A DNA stretch of 64,000 bases, taken from contig CP000066.1 in the NCBI GenBank assembly GCA_000002445.1, positions 608,001 through 672,000 of the forward strand, given 5' to 3'. A program made the position numbers and the translations under genes. Positions 54,834 through 64,000 of this stretch are shown piece after piece. This stretch comes from Trypanosoma brucei. Lineage: Eukaryota. How positions within the stretch are numbered: the stretch's first letter is position 1; each line of letters opens with the position of its first letter. The notes beneath the pieces are model-generated. The model was not told the DNA's origin and did no database searches. It worked only from the letters and a program-made list of their open reading frames with translations.

Positions 54834-57800
54834 TCACTCACGTTTTAGTGGCCACTGAAGGAATTTAACTGCACTCACAAGTTTATTCGATATAATAACG
54901 GAGATATTCACCGACACATCTCTCAGGAGGCATACTACACGCCATGGTTGTGGAGGTCGCGAGACACGCGTATGACTCGCAGCGTCGGCCACAACCGCAC
55001 CTTCAATGCGTGTGCGAAGGCAGAGGCGTAAATGGGAATCTTCCAGCCTCACGCTTGTTCGTTGATGGAGAGCAGGTTGCTCCGACGCGTGCAGCGAGGG
55101 GCGGATAGTTTGACCCGCATTATGGTTCATGAGACTTGGTTCCACTGGACTCTTTACTTCCATCAAACGTGGCGAAGCAAAGCCGCTACTGAAGTTGCGC
55201 AACTCCCCTTCATGATTAGTGCCGCCTTGCAGCCTCACACATCCACTCACCTCGCATCCCCCCGGTGCCTCATAGCAACTGCCGCAGCTACCAAATTGTG
55301 TGGAATGGCCACATTGGACAGCTGCTAAGGTAAACGAACTTATATCTAGTCCTTGTATTGGCCCGGACCTCGAGTGCTTTCCCTCATTTCCATAATCCCA
55401 TGGTTGGTTATCAGCACACCATGGCAAGTCGCTCCACGGGATAGAAGTTGTGGGTGATTGGATTCCGCCATGTGCAGCCGTGGAAGAGGCTATTGCATGC
55501 AACACAGAATTCTTCAGTGTTACTGTGGCATGTCTTGCTACAATGATCTCCTTGTAGATGCAGTAGCCGCTACATCCCGTGAGTGATACCTTGGCACACT
55601 CTGCTTGTAAGGCAGGGCCCCCAACAGCACTTATAAATACACTTCGAGTTGCCTCCAGAGAGCTGTCACTAACAACAAATACAGCCTCCGAGCCGGCAAA
55701 AACACAGCGAGTGGCAGCAACCCTTGAATCCATTGCCACCGAAAGCCGTCGCACACGTACATTCTCCAACACCAATGAAGACCCATCCGTAACATGCAAG
55801 CGTACAGGCAATATTGGGGTGTCTGAATCACTCCGCTTCGTGGGTTTTGGTGCTTGCTGGTCACTTTCTTCATTTAATGGGCACCCACCATTTTGTCTTG
55901 GACCAATATCAATATCAGCTGCGGATGTGCGGTAGCGTACGTCATCACGCGGCACACCCGCCACAGCAGCCGCAGGTCTTCTGGACTCTTCTCGTGATGG
56001 TAACCTCCCGGAGTGAGTGGCTCCCTCTGATGTGCTTCGGTGAAAGAAAAATGTCATATTCTTATTGTGCATTGGGGGAACTACATCAGCAGCCCCGCAC
56101 ACCTCACCCCTGGCCCCGCTATGCAGTACTAATGTGTGCCAAATCACCTTGCTGTGAAGTTGGCCTATTTCTCCAGGCTTAAATGAATCAGTGGCACGGG
56201 GGACATGGCCAGATGAAGTGCCGCGAGACAAACCGGCTTTGTTTGCAAGACATGGTGTTGGAACACATTGCAGCAAGACATTGCGCAGTCGAACATACGC
56301 ATTCGATCCCTTAGCAAAGATGGCAGCCCGCACTGCCGGGCATTTGTGCCCACAATCACATTTGTCTTCTTCCAGGACATTCAACTGTGCAGCTTGCGTT
56401 TCCTGCACTATTACATAACACGAGTTCATGGACAGCTGGCCGCCTTCATAAACACGAATGGGACACCCCACTTGCTCTAATACACCATCTAACTCCAGAG
56501 ACTGCGGCGCCATATCCGCAGCGGCAGCAGCATCACCGTCCAGGTGAAGAACGGTGTTGTCGAGTACACATTTCCCAAAAATTCTCACATTCCCCTGCAG
56601 GACGCTGAAGACATTCTTCACACTGGAAAAACGAGAAAACACCTGTGATGCTGTCACGCGGATAGCTCCGCCATGGGAAACTAACAGCGAGTAATTCCAC
56701 ACATTTTGTGCTAAGCAATCAGATAGATACACGTTCGACCCAACTAGAGCGTTGAAGGCGACGTTGCAAAACTCTGCCTTACACCGATACAGGTACGCGA
56801 CAGCTTCGGCACCACACCTCACCGCAATCGCCGCGCCGCCGCCAAACACTGCATTATGAATAACAGCCGTCCCTTTGTCCATCACAAAACAAGATGGGGG
56901 TTGACCGCAAAGACTAGAGCAAGTGGTTGCGGGTCCCAAAGGGCCTGACAGCCGACATGCTCCAAAGTCTCCGGATACGCTGACCTCTAAGAGGCTATCC
57001 ACCGTCGCGTCAAATCTTGCACCGCAGTTTACGTGGACACCTGAGCGCGAGAATCCGCTAATCTTCACATTGCCCTCAACCTGCACAATGCCGTTTCTGT
57101 TCTCAATACCGCACACCCGCGCCCTGTAACTTCCGTGATGAACAATGCACGTTCCCTGATTGAGCACAAGCACACCAACATGGTTACACTCAGTAGTACA
57201 GTGATTAAGACAACATTTCGCACTATCCACCAGGTAACCGTTGGCAACGTCGGACGCTACACATTGCCAGGCCTCCATCTCCGTATCCGCGTCAAGCGCG
57301 GCGTAACCAAAAGTTACGTGACGAACTTCGCACGCAGTTAACTCACAATGGCTACCTGCCCACGCCTTTACACCTAAACTCCACGTTCCACCGCATAAGC
57401 ACGTGGGGGAAGTCGTGGCGGTCTCATCCAAATCCCTGCAAACGCCGCACCCTCCGTCGACACTTACGGAACTGCAAGTGATGACGGGCGCGTACACCGG
57501 CGATTCAGTCGATTGGGGCTCGCCTGGTAAATCGGGCGGCGCTACGGAAGCTGTACAGCCATGGAACGGGTCATCGCTCATGTCCACCATACACTTTTTG
57601 AGGCATAAATAGCCACCGTTGTGAGAAGTAAAACCGCTCTCAAGACTTCCACGGACGGTAACGCCAACGCATCGAACGTGACTCGACCGGCTATCCAATC
57701 CGCGAATGCGGCACTGAAAAATGCAGGGGATGCCACCCAATATACAGTGTGGTGCGTCCGAGTTGTCTATGCTAAGCTTAGACTGATTAAAGGCGAGCAC

Positions 57801-60683
57801 CCCAACCTGCTCTGCGTATGCCCCACAGGAATATAACCTGCACTCCGCACCATCAAACACAAAACTGTTGGATCGGCACACCCCCACGCATTCCCTGCAA
57901 AGAACAACAGATCCTTGGGAGGCAGTAAACCCAAGAGAGTGATCAGTAACTAAGCAGCGACTCAATGTTGCACTACTGTTCACAATTCTAACCGCGCACG
58001 TTTTACGCGATGCCGGAAGTGTCGACATGACGATCACGTCGGTTAACTCGATAGAACTTTTATCGTAGGCAAATATGGATGTTATCCCGGTGTCCTTCAG
58101 TATCAAACCCCTGGCCACGACAGTTGCCTCGCGTACCTCTAGCCCAAATGCACCTCCTACGAACGACAGCGGCAGTAAGGTCTCCGTGTTCGCTTCCGTT
58201 GCTACACCTTCACAGTCATTGCTATTGTTTGCTTTATTCGCTTTACTTTTGGTGGTGCCACTTCCCCTCCGCTTTTTCGAAAAAGCTCTTCTAATAGAGG
58301 AGACATAATCATTTTCTTGCTCAACTTCATCCACAGCCAACGGCAGGGCAGACTTGTGTACGCCGCGCCAGCCGCGACCCATGTCGTACCGCAGCTCACC
58401 TCCCTCCACAGTAAAAACTGCATTGCTCTCGTTATCCCCCCCAGATCCACAGGTATTCATTAGAGGCAGTCGGTACCAGCCGTTTTCACGACCACGTAGC
58501 GCCAGTAGCGTGCGGCAGCGTTTCTCAAATAGCTCTGGGGGTCCTGCGTCGTTGTTGATTGTGCACTTGGCACCGTTCAAAGCAAATATGCCCACATGAT
58601 TTGTGAAGGCAGAGCTGCTGTCAAATGTTGCACGTGAGGCTTCAACTGTGTATCCGTTAACGACGTGCTCAGCGTGGCAACTGTAGAAGTGTGCCACCGA
58701 GTGTGATATCACTGAAAAACCAAAATAAACGTACTCAGCGAGGCAGTGACGGGCGGTAACCAATCCACCCAGCTCTACACTGAGGCCCGTGGGACGGTTA
58801 CCGTCGGATGCCTCAAAAACGACTTGATCCCCGCCATAAAACCGAGTGCCAGCGAAAAAAGCCCGGCATCCAGCAACGCTCACGGCATTGATGTAGCCAG
58901 CCATGATGTCACAATCAGAGATATCCACAGAAGCATCCTGCTCAGCAAGAATAACCCGCTCACACTCGGACGGTGCAATACTGCATCCGCCACGGGCACA
59001 CAACCGTGCGCTATTTGAAACATGAATAAAAGAATGCAAAACGTTCAGGGAGGCCACTCCCGTAAAACCAGTGTCCTGGCAATCAGCGGAAGGGGGAGCA
59101 TAGCGCTTCATCACGGTCCCATCGCGCAGATCCAACTTCGATTCATCCAATACTAGAATTCCCTCGCGGTAGCCATCCGGCACATCGACGAACAACTTTG
59201 AACGAGAGAAAATCACTTGACCCTGCCCTTCCACCACAATGCTTCCGGTGACAATACAACTATCTACTTCCAGCGTTCCTAATACGGTGATAACGGAGGC
59301 ATACACCTCGAGTTTTTGCAACCGTAACGTACAATCTGGTGGAATTACACACTGCTCGGTGGTGCTTGACCATCTGATGGAGGTGAGGAAAGACTCTACT
59401 CCGCTCCCACCCTCACCACAAAGGACCAGTCGGATGGGGGCACATTCACAGGTTTTGTTCTTGTCGCAGAAGGCACAGTTGATCCCAGTCCCCCCACTCC
59501 CCCCTTCGCCAACGGAGTTGCTTTCTTCTCCAGCTTCTCCTTCACTTGCAGCGCATGTGCAGATCACTGGGGTCACCTCGTCCCTCCCCTCCTCGGCTAA
59601 GCGAGACAAAACTTCATTTTCCATTGTTTCGGCGGCATCCGTCTTGCATTCTCCCGCCCCAGCTGAACTCCCAAAAGCGGGGCTATTGACTGTGGGATTC
59701 GCATTGTTATCTAGCGGTGGATTAAGCATCCCTTCCCTCGCGCACAGCGGCGCAAGCAAAATGTTAAAAGATAAGTTTTCGCGAAGTGCGCCACTGGTGG
59801 ACGGGAGGTTGCAAACGAACATATCATCATCCACAACCGTGTCCTTGGTAGGGTGCTCCGGTGACTGAAACAACGCCCGCCTTCGTGGAGCGTCCAAGAA
59901 AATGTCCATCACCTCAGACGAGAAACGCATCTGCTGCAATTCTCCACATGAACACACCACCTTCTCCCTCCGTGTCGTGCCCGAATCCCCTTCAATCCCG
60001 TCATCACTTGTGATTGCAGAACTGCGCTGCCCCTCATCGTTCGTTACTGCCGTGGCTGCTGCTGATAGCCCCTCCCTTGTTGCAAGTTGGTTTGCCTCGG
60101 GAATTCGCTTTTGTCCAGTAACCTTACTTCTGAAGAGATGCGGGTGGGAGTTTCGAATGTGTTGGATTCCTAAGTCATGCTCCTCAAGAGAGTAGGCGGA
60201 AGCGGCTGACTGCTGTGGCATCCATGCGGCATCGTCGTTTCCTCCATGAGCTCCATTCCCAACCAACCACCGCCGCGACTCATCAACTGTTACTCTGCTG
60301 TCACACCCGAACGGGTTGAGTGTTGTGTAAAGGGAGTGAAACAGCAAACTGAGACCCTCCACATCCACCGTCCACTGCTGAGACATGAGTTCAAAAGAGC
60401 AAATGGCTCCATAATGGATAAACGTCGCAAAGAGACGGGGCGAGACAACAAAAACAAGTGGCATGCGCTGCAGCTCTTCTAAAAAAAGCACTCGCAGGGA
60501 GATGATAAACTCTTTCTTGTTCTCATCCTCGTAGCGCAACTGAACGAACCAGTTGGTCAGGTCATCCTCGTCAAGAAGCTCAACAGCAGTGCAGCAACCC
60601 CCTAATAGCGTGTGAAGGTTCTGCTTAAAATGGGCATAAAGCCGTTGTAGGCGTTGAAGGTACGAAGTGGACAGTTGGAGCAT
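54834..60683 (-). CDS. very large Cys-rich protein with predicted right-handed beta-helix (PbH1/CASH-like) repeats
   Basis: The ORF-track start 60977 is a TTG; in-frame ATGs lie at 60887 and 60683. I chose 60683 (MLQLSTSYLQ) because a pyrimidine-rich tract lies immediately upstream on the coding strand. Reiterated 22-25 aa units (xCxxxNGxxVxxSxAxF; many V-x-N/D-G, C every about 20-25 aa) are typical of parallel beta-helix proteins. Inference, not searched. Confidence 0.55.
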   Translation of the reverse strand: MLQLSTSYLQRLQRLYAHFKQNLHTLLGGCCTAVELLDEDDLTNWFVQLRYEDENKKEFIISLRVLFLEELQRMPLVFVVSPRLFATFIHYGAICSFELMSQQWTVDVEGLSLLFHSLYTTLNPFGCDSRVTVDESRRWLVGNGAHGGNDDAAWMPQQSAASAYSLEEHDLGIQHIRNSHPHLFRSKVTGQKRIPEANQLATREGLSAAATAVTNDEGQRSSAITSDDGIEGDSGTTRREKVVCSCGELQQMRFSSEVMDIFLDAPRRRALFQSPEHPTKDTVVDDDMFVCNLPSTSGALRENLSFNILLAPLCAREGMLNPPLDNNANPTVNSPAFGSSAGAGECKTDAAETMENEVLSRLAEEGRDEVTPVICTCAASEGEAGEESNSVGEGGSGGTGINCAFCDKNKTCECAPIRLVLCGEGGSGVESFLTSIRWSSTTEQCVIPPDCTLRLQKLEVYASVITVLGTLEVDSCIVTGSIVVEGQGQVIFSRSKLFVDVPDGYREGILVLDESKLDLRDGTVMKRYAPPSADCQDTGFTGVASLNVLHSFIHVSNSARLCARGGCSIAPSECERVILAEQDASVDISDCDIMAGYINAVSVAGCRAFFAGTRFYGGDQVVFEASDGNRPTGLSVELGGLVTARHCLAEYVYFGFSVISHSVAHFYSCHAEHVVNGYTVEASRATFDSSSAFTNHVGIFALNGAKCTINNDAGPPELFEKRCRTLLALRGRENGWYRLPLMNTCGSGGDNESNAVFTVEGGELRYDMGRGWRGVHKSALPLAVDEVEQENDYVSSIRRAFSKKRRGSGTTKSKANKANNSNDCEGVATEANTETLLPLSFVGGAFGLEVREATVVARGLILKDTGITSIFAYDKSSIELTDVIVMSTLPASRKTCAVRIVNSSATLSRCLVTDHSLGFTASQGSVVLCRECVGVCRSNSFVFDGAECRLYSCGAYAEQVGVLAFNQSKLSIDNSDAPHCILGGIPCIFQCRIRGLDSRSSHVRCVGVTVRGSLESGFTSHNGGYLCLKKCMVDMSDDPFHGCTASVAPPDLPGEPQSTESPVYAPVITCSSVSVDGGCGVCRDLDETATTSPTCLCGGTWSLGVKAWAGSHCELTACEVRHVTFGYAALDADTEMEAWQCVASDVANGYLVDSAKCCLNHCTTECNHVGVLVLNQGTCIVHHGSYRARVCGIENRNGIVQVEGNVKISGFSRSGVHVNCGARFDATVDSLLEVSVSGDFGACRLSGPLGPATTCSSLCGQPPSCFVMDKGTAVIHNAVFGGGAAIAVRCGAEAVAYLYRCKAEFCNVAFNALVGSNVYLSDCLAQNVWNYSLLVSHGGAIRVTASQVFSRFSSVKNVFSVLQGNVRIFGKCVLDNTVLHLDGDAAAAADMAPQSLELDGVLEQVGCPIRVYEGGQLSMNSCYVIVQETQAAQLNVLEEDKCDCGHKCPAVRAAIFAKGSNAYVRLRNVLLQCVPTPCLANKAGLSRGTSSGHVPRATDSFKPGEIGQLHSKVIWHTLVLHSGARGEVCGAADVVPPMHNKNMTFFFHRSTSEGATHSGRLPSREESRRPAAAVAGVPRDDVRYRTSAADIDIGPRQNGGCPLNEESDQQAPKPTKRSDSDTPILPVRLHVTDGSSLVLENVRVRRLSVAMDSRVAATRCVFAGSEAVFVVSDSSLEATRSVFISAVGGPALQAECAKVSLTGCSGYCIYKEIIVARHATVTLKNSVLHAIASSTAAHGGIQSPTTSIPWSDLPWCADNQPWDYGNEGKHSRSGPIQGLDISSFTLAAVQCGHSTQFGSCGSCYEAPGGCEVSGCVRLQGGTNHEGELRNFSSGFASPRLMEVKSPVEPSLMNHNAGQTIRPSLHASEQPALHQRTSVRLEDSHLRLCLRTRIEGAVVADAASHTRVSRPPQPWRVVCLLRDVSVNISVIISNKLVSAVKFLQWPLKRE

Positions 60684-60689
60684 CTGCTT

Positions 60690-60800
60690 CTTCCTCCTGT
60701 GCGTCCACCTCACGATCCAACCCTCTTCTAGAGCTATTGGAGAGAGAAACGGAGTAGAAGCCCTTATCAAACGGAAGAGACAAAAAACAAAAGACACACA
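60690..60800 (-). promoter_or_regulatory. polypyrimidine tract (on coding strand), candidate splice-acceptor region of the large beta-helix gene
   Basis: The plus strand is purine-rich (agagagaaacggagtagaag...gagacaaaaaacaaaagacacacaag), so the minus strand is CT-rich just upstream of ATG 60683. Confidence 0.35.
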
Positions 60801-62203
60801 AGTTGGCGTACGGCACTCGGTAAGTAAAGTTAGCAGAGAGCTAAAACAAAAGTAAGACATAAAAAATAATTGCCCTTCCGCTTTCATGAGAAGCAGCCAC
60901 CCCCCTCCTCCCAGCGACGGCTGCCGTTTCCATACGAGAGGGGAAACAGGTGACAACCACTTGAAAGAGAAATGCAAACGATAACAACATCATATACCCA
61001 ACACAAGCAGTCAAAGTGGGCTACGCGGCAAAGTGCTGGCAGCGGAAGCAAAACACACTATGATAATAGGATGACAAAGTGGAAAAAAAACAGAATGACA
61101 AAGATGACGGGTAGCACTACAACAATAATTCTTTTGAGAATCACTACGAGCAGGTCTCGTGGTTTTCCTGTCCCTCTGTGAGAAACGACAACGTAAATCG
61201 AAATAAACAAAAATAAAGGCACAATATTGTAGGAGAAGGGTCTTTTCATCCTGATATCCCCGTTCTTTTTCTTTTTCTTGGTTCGTGAGATACCCGTACG
61301 GGAAACTGAGCAAACACGTCTGCCCTGTTGAAAGGGGGAAAATGGACCACGACATTTCCAAAAATATAAAAGAACACCACTTTGTACTCCCTCTCGCTCC
61401 CCATTGCATAATCATACGAACTCTCTTGCACCACATGGCGCTTGTCTCTAATGCTTATGAAGCTGCTCTTCCCCTTACAGCGCGGCCGCACTCCGCTGCG
61501 CAACGGAAGACACCACGAGAAGAAAACAATAACGCACACCTCAGTCGACCTTCAATTTCCCATGCACTCCACCGCGGTGTGCCAGCCTTCTCGCTTCACT
61601 TTCTCTAGCTGATATTGTTGACGGTAGCCACATCATCTTACATCTACAATGCAAAAGATTCCCGCAGCATCTTCCGGTGCACACGACAACTACGGTACAG
61701 GGCACCTCATGATGGTGAGATGCTATTTTTAAGGCCAAATGTGCTCGATGTCACATAACCTGCGCTTTGAGTCTGCGGGTACACACATTTGTCATTTCCT
61801 CGGCGAAATGTTCATCCGCTACAATGTTAGGCCATTTCCGTCTCTCTTCGGGCACTTGTCTGTGTGCGTACGCGGCGGAGCACATAGTGCATATATGAAT
61901 GTCTATCTGATTGAGGACAGGAGCTTCAGCTCGACAATGGCCACGCGAACTCTTTGGGACTATTGAGTGGAAACATTATGAATGTCAACTGATCGAAAGG
62001 AAATACAAAGAAAAGAACGATTAACGACTACATTGGGTGTACTGCGCGAACGAAACAGTGAGATAACAATATTAAGCGCTTTGTGTCGATGCCCACGAAT
62101 ACCACAAAACGCACCTCTTCCCTCCAAGTGGCATCGATAAGGTAACGAGTCACCCAAAGTCCCACCCAACCCTTCAGATATTGGTGAAAGCCTCCTTCAC
62201 TTC

Positions 62204-64000
62204 TCACAGTGCAGCTGCCTGTTGCTGTTTCATGCACTTTACAACCGAGGCAAATCTGGAAAAAACCATCGACAGCTTCACAACCCTCCTTCGTTTCCCT
62301 TGTGAACGGTTGTTTGTATCCTTCGCTGCACCGTCGCTTTCATGCCGGTTATCATTCCATCGCACCTCCAACTGTAACCGTTCGGTCTCCACAGCAGCAG
62401 CAACCCGAGGGGCGAGTTGAATAACCTCTTGGGGCATCGTAAATGTGTTCGCTGCTAAGAGCTCACGCCCTACCAAGAGGTCAACAAGGGCAACTGCGCG
62501 CCGTTGCCAGAGGGGCACAACATTAACTGTTTTTACACCATCACTAGTGGCAGTGTCATGTGCCTTAACACGCCGAGCGCCCACCAGCCTCGTAAAGACG
62601 TAGGCAACCTCAACAACAAATGGGTGCTCATTTTCTCGCGGTATTTGAAGCAGGGCAGAAAGTAATTTCTCCACAAGTCCCGGGCGCTCCATCAGAAACC
62701 TAAGTGACTTCACGCCAGCATGCGCATCATTTAACAATGCCTCATACAGAGCTGTGGCTTGAGCATCCAATGCGCTGCACCGCGCAGCTTGCCCTTGGCA
62801 ACGACAATATTCCATTGTTATAGATACGATGTGATTGAGGCTCTCAAGAAACACCGGGAGTGTTCCGATGTCAATGAAACTAGTGGTAAAGTGGCCGACC
62901 TGCTTCGCAGATGTGGCAGAACGTTCCGCAGCGGGTAGCCCCTCAGCAACTCCCAGTGGCTCCGAAGAGCAGGTCCGAGTGGAGAACAACTGCAACTCAT
63001 CATCATCATCATCATCATACCCACCGCTTTCTGCGGTATCCATTGCGCCAGCATCAGTGCCGGGGCAGTCTAGCTCCGCTGTCACTACCCCTGAGGCTAC
63101 CAGAGAGGCGCTATCCAGTTTGTGGTGCCGTTTTTTTAATGATGTTGACTGAGTGTCGTAGCGGCAGCCGCGTTTCCGCATTGCATTGAGCAGCGTCTGC
63201 AAGAGTAACTCAGTTGTTTCTACCGCGCACACCTTCACCTCACGACGTCCTAAAAATAGTACAACACCGAGGAATTGGCCGGGAAATGCCTTGATGGCCT
63301 CATGTAGCTGTGGAAGGAGCACCTCCGCACAATCATCTCGAAACCATTTGATCTTGGCCAGAGCCAACGTGAGGAAGAAAAATGTCGCTGGAGAGCCCTG
63401 CCGCGTGATGTGGAGAGAGCCATCCCTTATGCCGCGAACAAGCCCCCCTACTACCGTTTCATAAAGGGACACGTTTAGAATGGGGTGCTTGAGGTTCTCC
63501 ACTGCCACTGTTACAGTATTGATAGAGGAAACACCAGGGGAAGTTGTGTACCGATTCATCAGCGGCACTTCCGCCTTCAGCAACCTCATAAACCGGATCT
63601 GGCAACGCGATATGGCGTCCAGTAACACAGCATAGCTACTCACGCCGAACAACTCTCCTGCGTTCGAGCCAGGGGCGGAAGCACGCAAAGATAAATGAGA
63701 GGGACCCTGAAATGCGTTATTGTTTAGGTGAACCCTAATATTATCACATAAGGTTTCCAGCACGGCATCAGCGTGGAATAACTTTTGCTGAACGATAAGG
63801 TGAAGAAACGTCGCACTGCTAGATGGGCTAAAGCAAGCCACGCGGACCGTTAACCACTGAAGCAGTAGATGACTAAGCTCTGAGACCCACACTTCTCCCA
63901 CCGTATCGTCCATACAAGCAGCGACGACGGAGGTGTGCTGAATACTGTCCAAATTGATCTTCGCCAAAGTCCGCAGTACACACTCCAATAAGTAGTCACT
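62204..64000 (-). CDS. hypothetical protein, partial (N-terminus beyond right edge)
   Basis: The minus-strand frame is open to the window edge. The ORF-track start 63988 is TTG with no stop beyond it. Contains an acidic DDDDDDE run encoded by (CAT)6 at 63000-63018. No recognised domain. Confidence 0.5.
   Translation of the reverse strand, partial: SDYLLECVLRTLAKINLDSIQHTSVVAACMDDTVGEVWVSELSHLLLQWLTVRVACFSPSSSATFLHLIVQQKLFHADAVLETLCDNIRVHLNNNAFQGPSHLSLRASAPGSNAGELFGVSSYAVLLDAISRCQIRFMRLLKAEVPLMNRYTTSPGVSSINTVTVAVENLKHPILNVSLYETVVGGLVRGIRDGSLHITRQGSPATFFFLTLALAKIKWFRDDCAEVLLPQLHEAIKAFPGQFLGVVLFLGRREVKVCAVETTELLLQTLLNAMRKRGCRYDTQSTSLKKRHHKLDSASLVASGVVTAELDCPGTDAGAMDTAESGGYDDDDDDELQLFSTRTCSSEPLGVAEGLPAAERSATSAKQVGHFTTSFIDIGTLPVFLESLNHIVSITMEYCRCQGQAARCSALDAQATALYEALLNDAHAGVKSLRFLMERPGLVEKLLSALLQIPRENEHPFVVEVAYVFTRLVGARRVKAHDTATSDGVKTVNVVPLWQRRAVALVDLLVGRELLAANTFTMPQEVIQLAPRVAAAVETERLQLEVRWNDNRHESDGAAKDTNNRSQGKRRRVVKLSMVFSRFASVVKCMKQQQAAAL

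Overview
This is a eukaryotic window from a kinetoplastid, most likely an African trypanosome (Trypanosoma brucei-group-like). The evidence is unidirectional intron-less gene clusters, polypyrimidine/(TA)n(TG)n-rich intergenic spacers, VSG/ESAG-like surface glycoprotein genes, and housekeeping genes typical of trypanosomatids (PEX10 RING peroxin, MORN protein, AGC kinase, PUF protein, ARV1, PGAP1-like GPI inositol deacylase, a giant DExH helicase).

Organisation:
- A plus-strand polycistronic unit covers about 0.8-21.5 kb.
- A convergent strand-switch zone lies at about 21.5-23.2 kb.
- A minus-strand unit covers 23.2 kb to the right edge.

The plus and minus transcription units converge on an accessory segment made of three parts.
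1. An 8.8 kb island of four VSG/ESAG-family surface-protein genes sits at 22.39-31.16 kb. It is bounded by a pair of about 235 bp inverted repeats at 22153-22389 and 31157-31389.
2. A perfect-period tandem array of 4 x 1514 bp lies at about 32.25-37.85 kb. Each unit encodes a small Cys-rich, Ser-rich, putatively GPI-anchored protein.
3. An acidic secreted protein gene is followed by a 4.6 kb ORF-free stretch of complex sequence at 39.95-44.52 kb.

Caveats:
- The supplied ORF track uses non-ATG (TTG/GTG) starts in several places. Start coordinates below were moved to the first plausible in-frame ATG where I could verify it.
- Products are inferred from motifs read by eye, not from database searches.
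- No rRNA or CRISPR was seen, and no tRNA could be recognised by eye.
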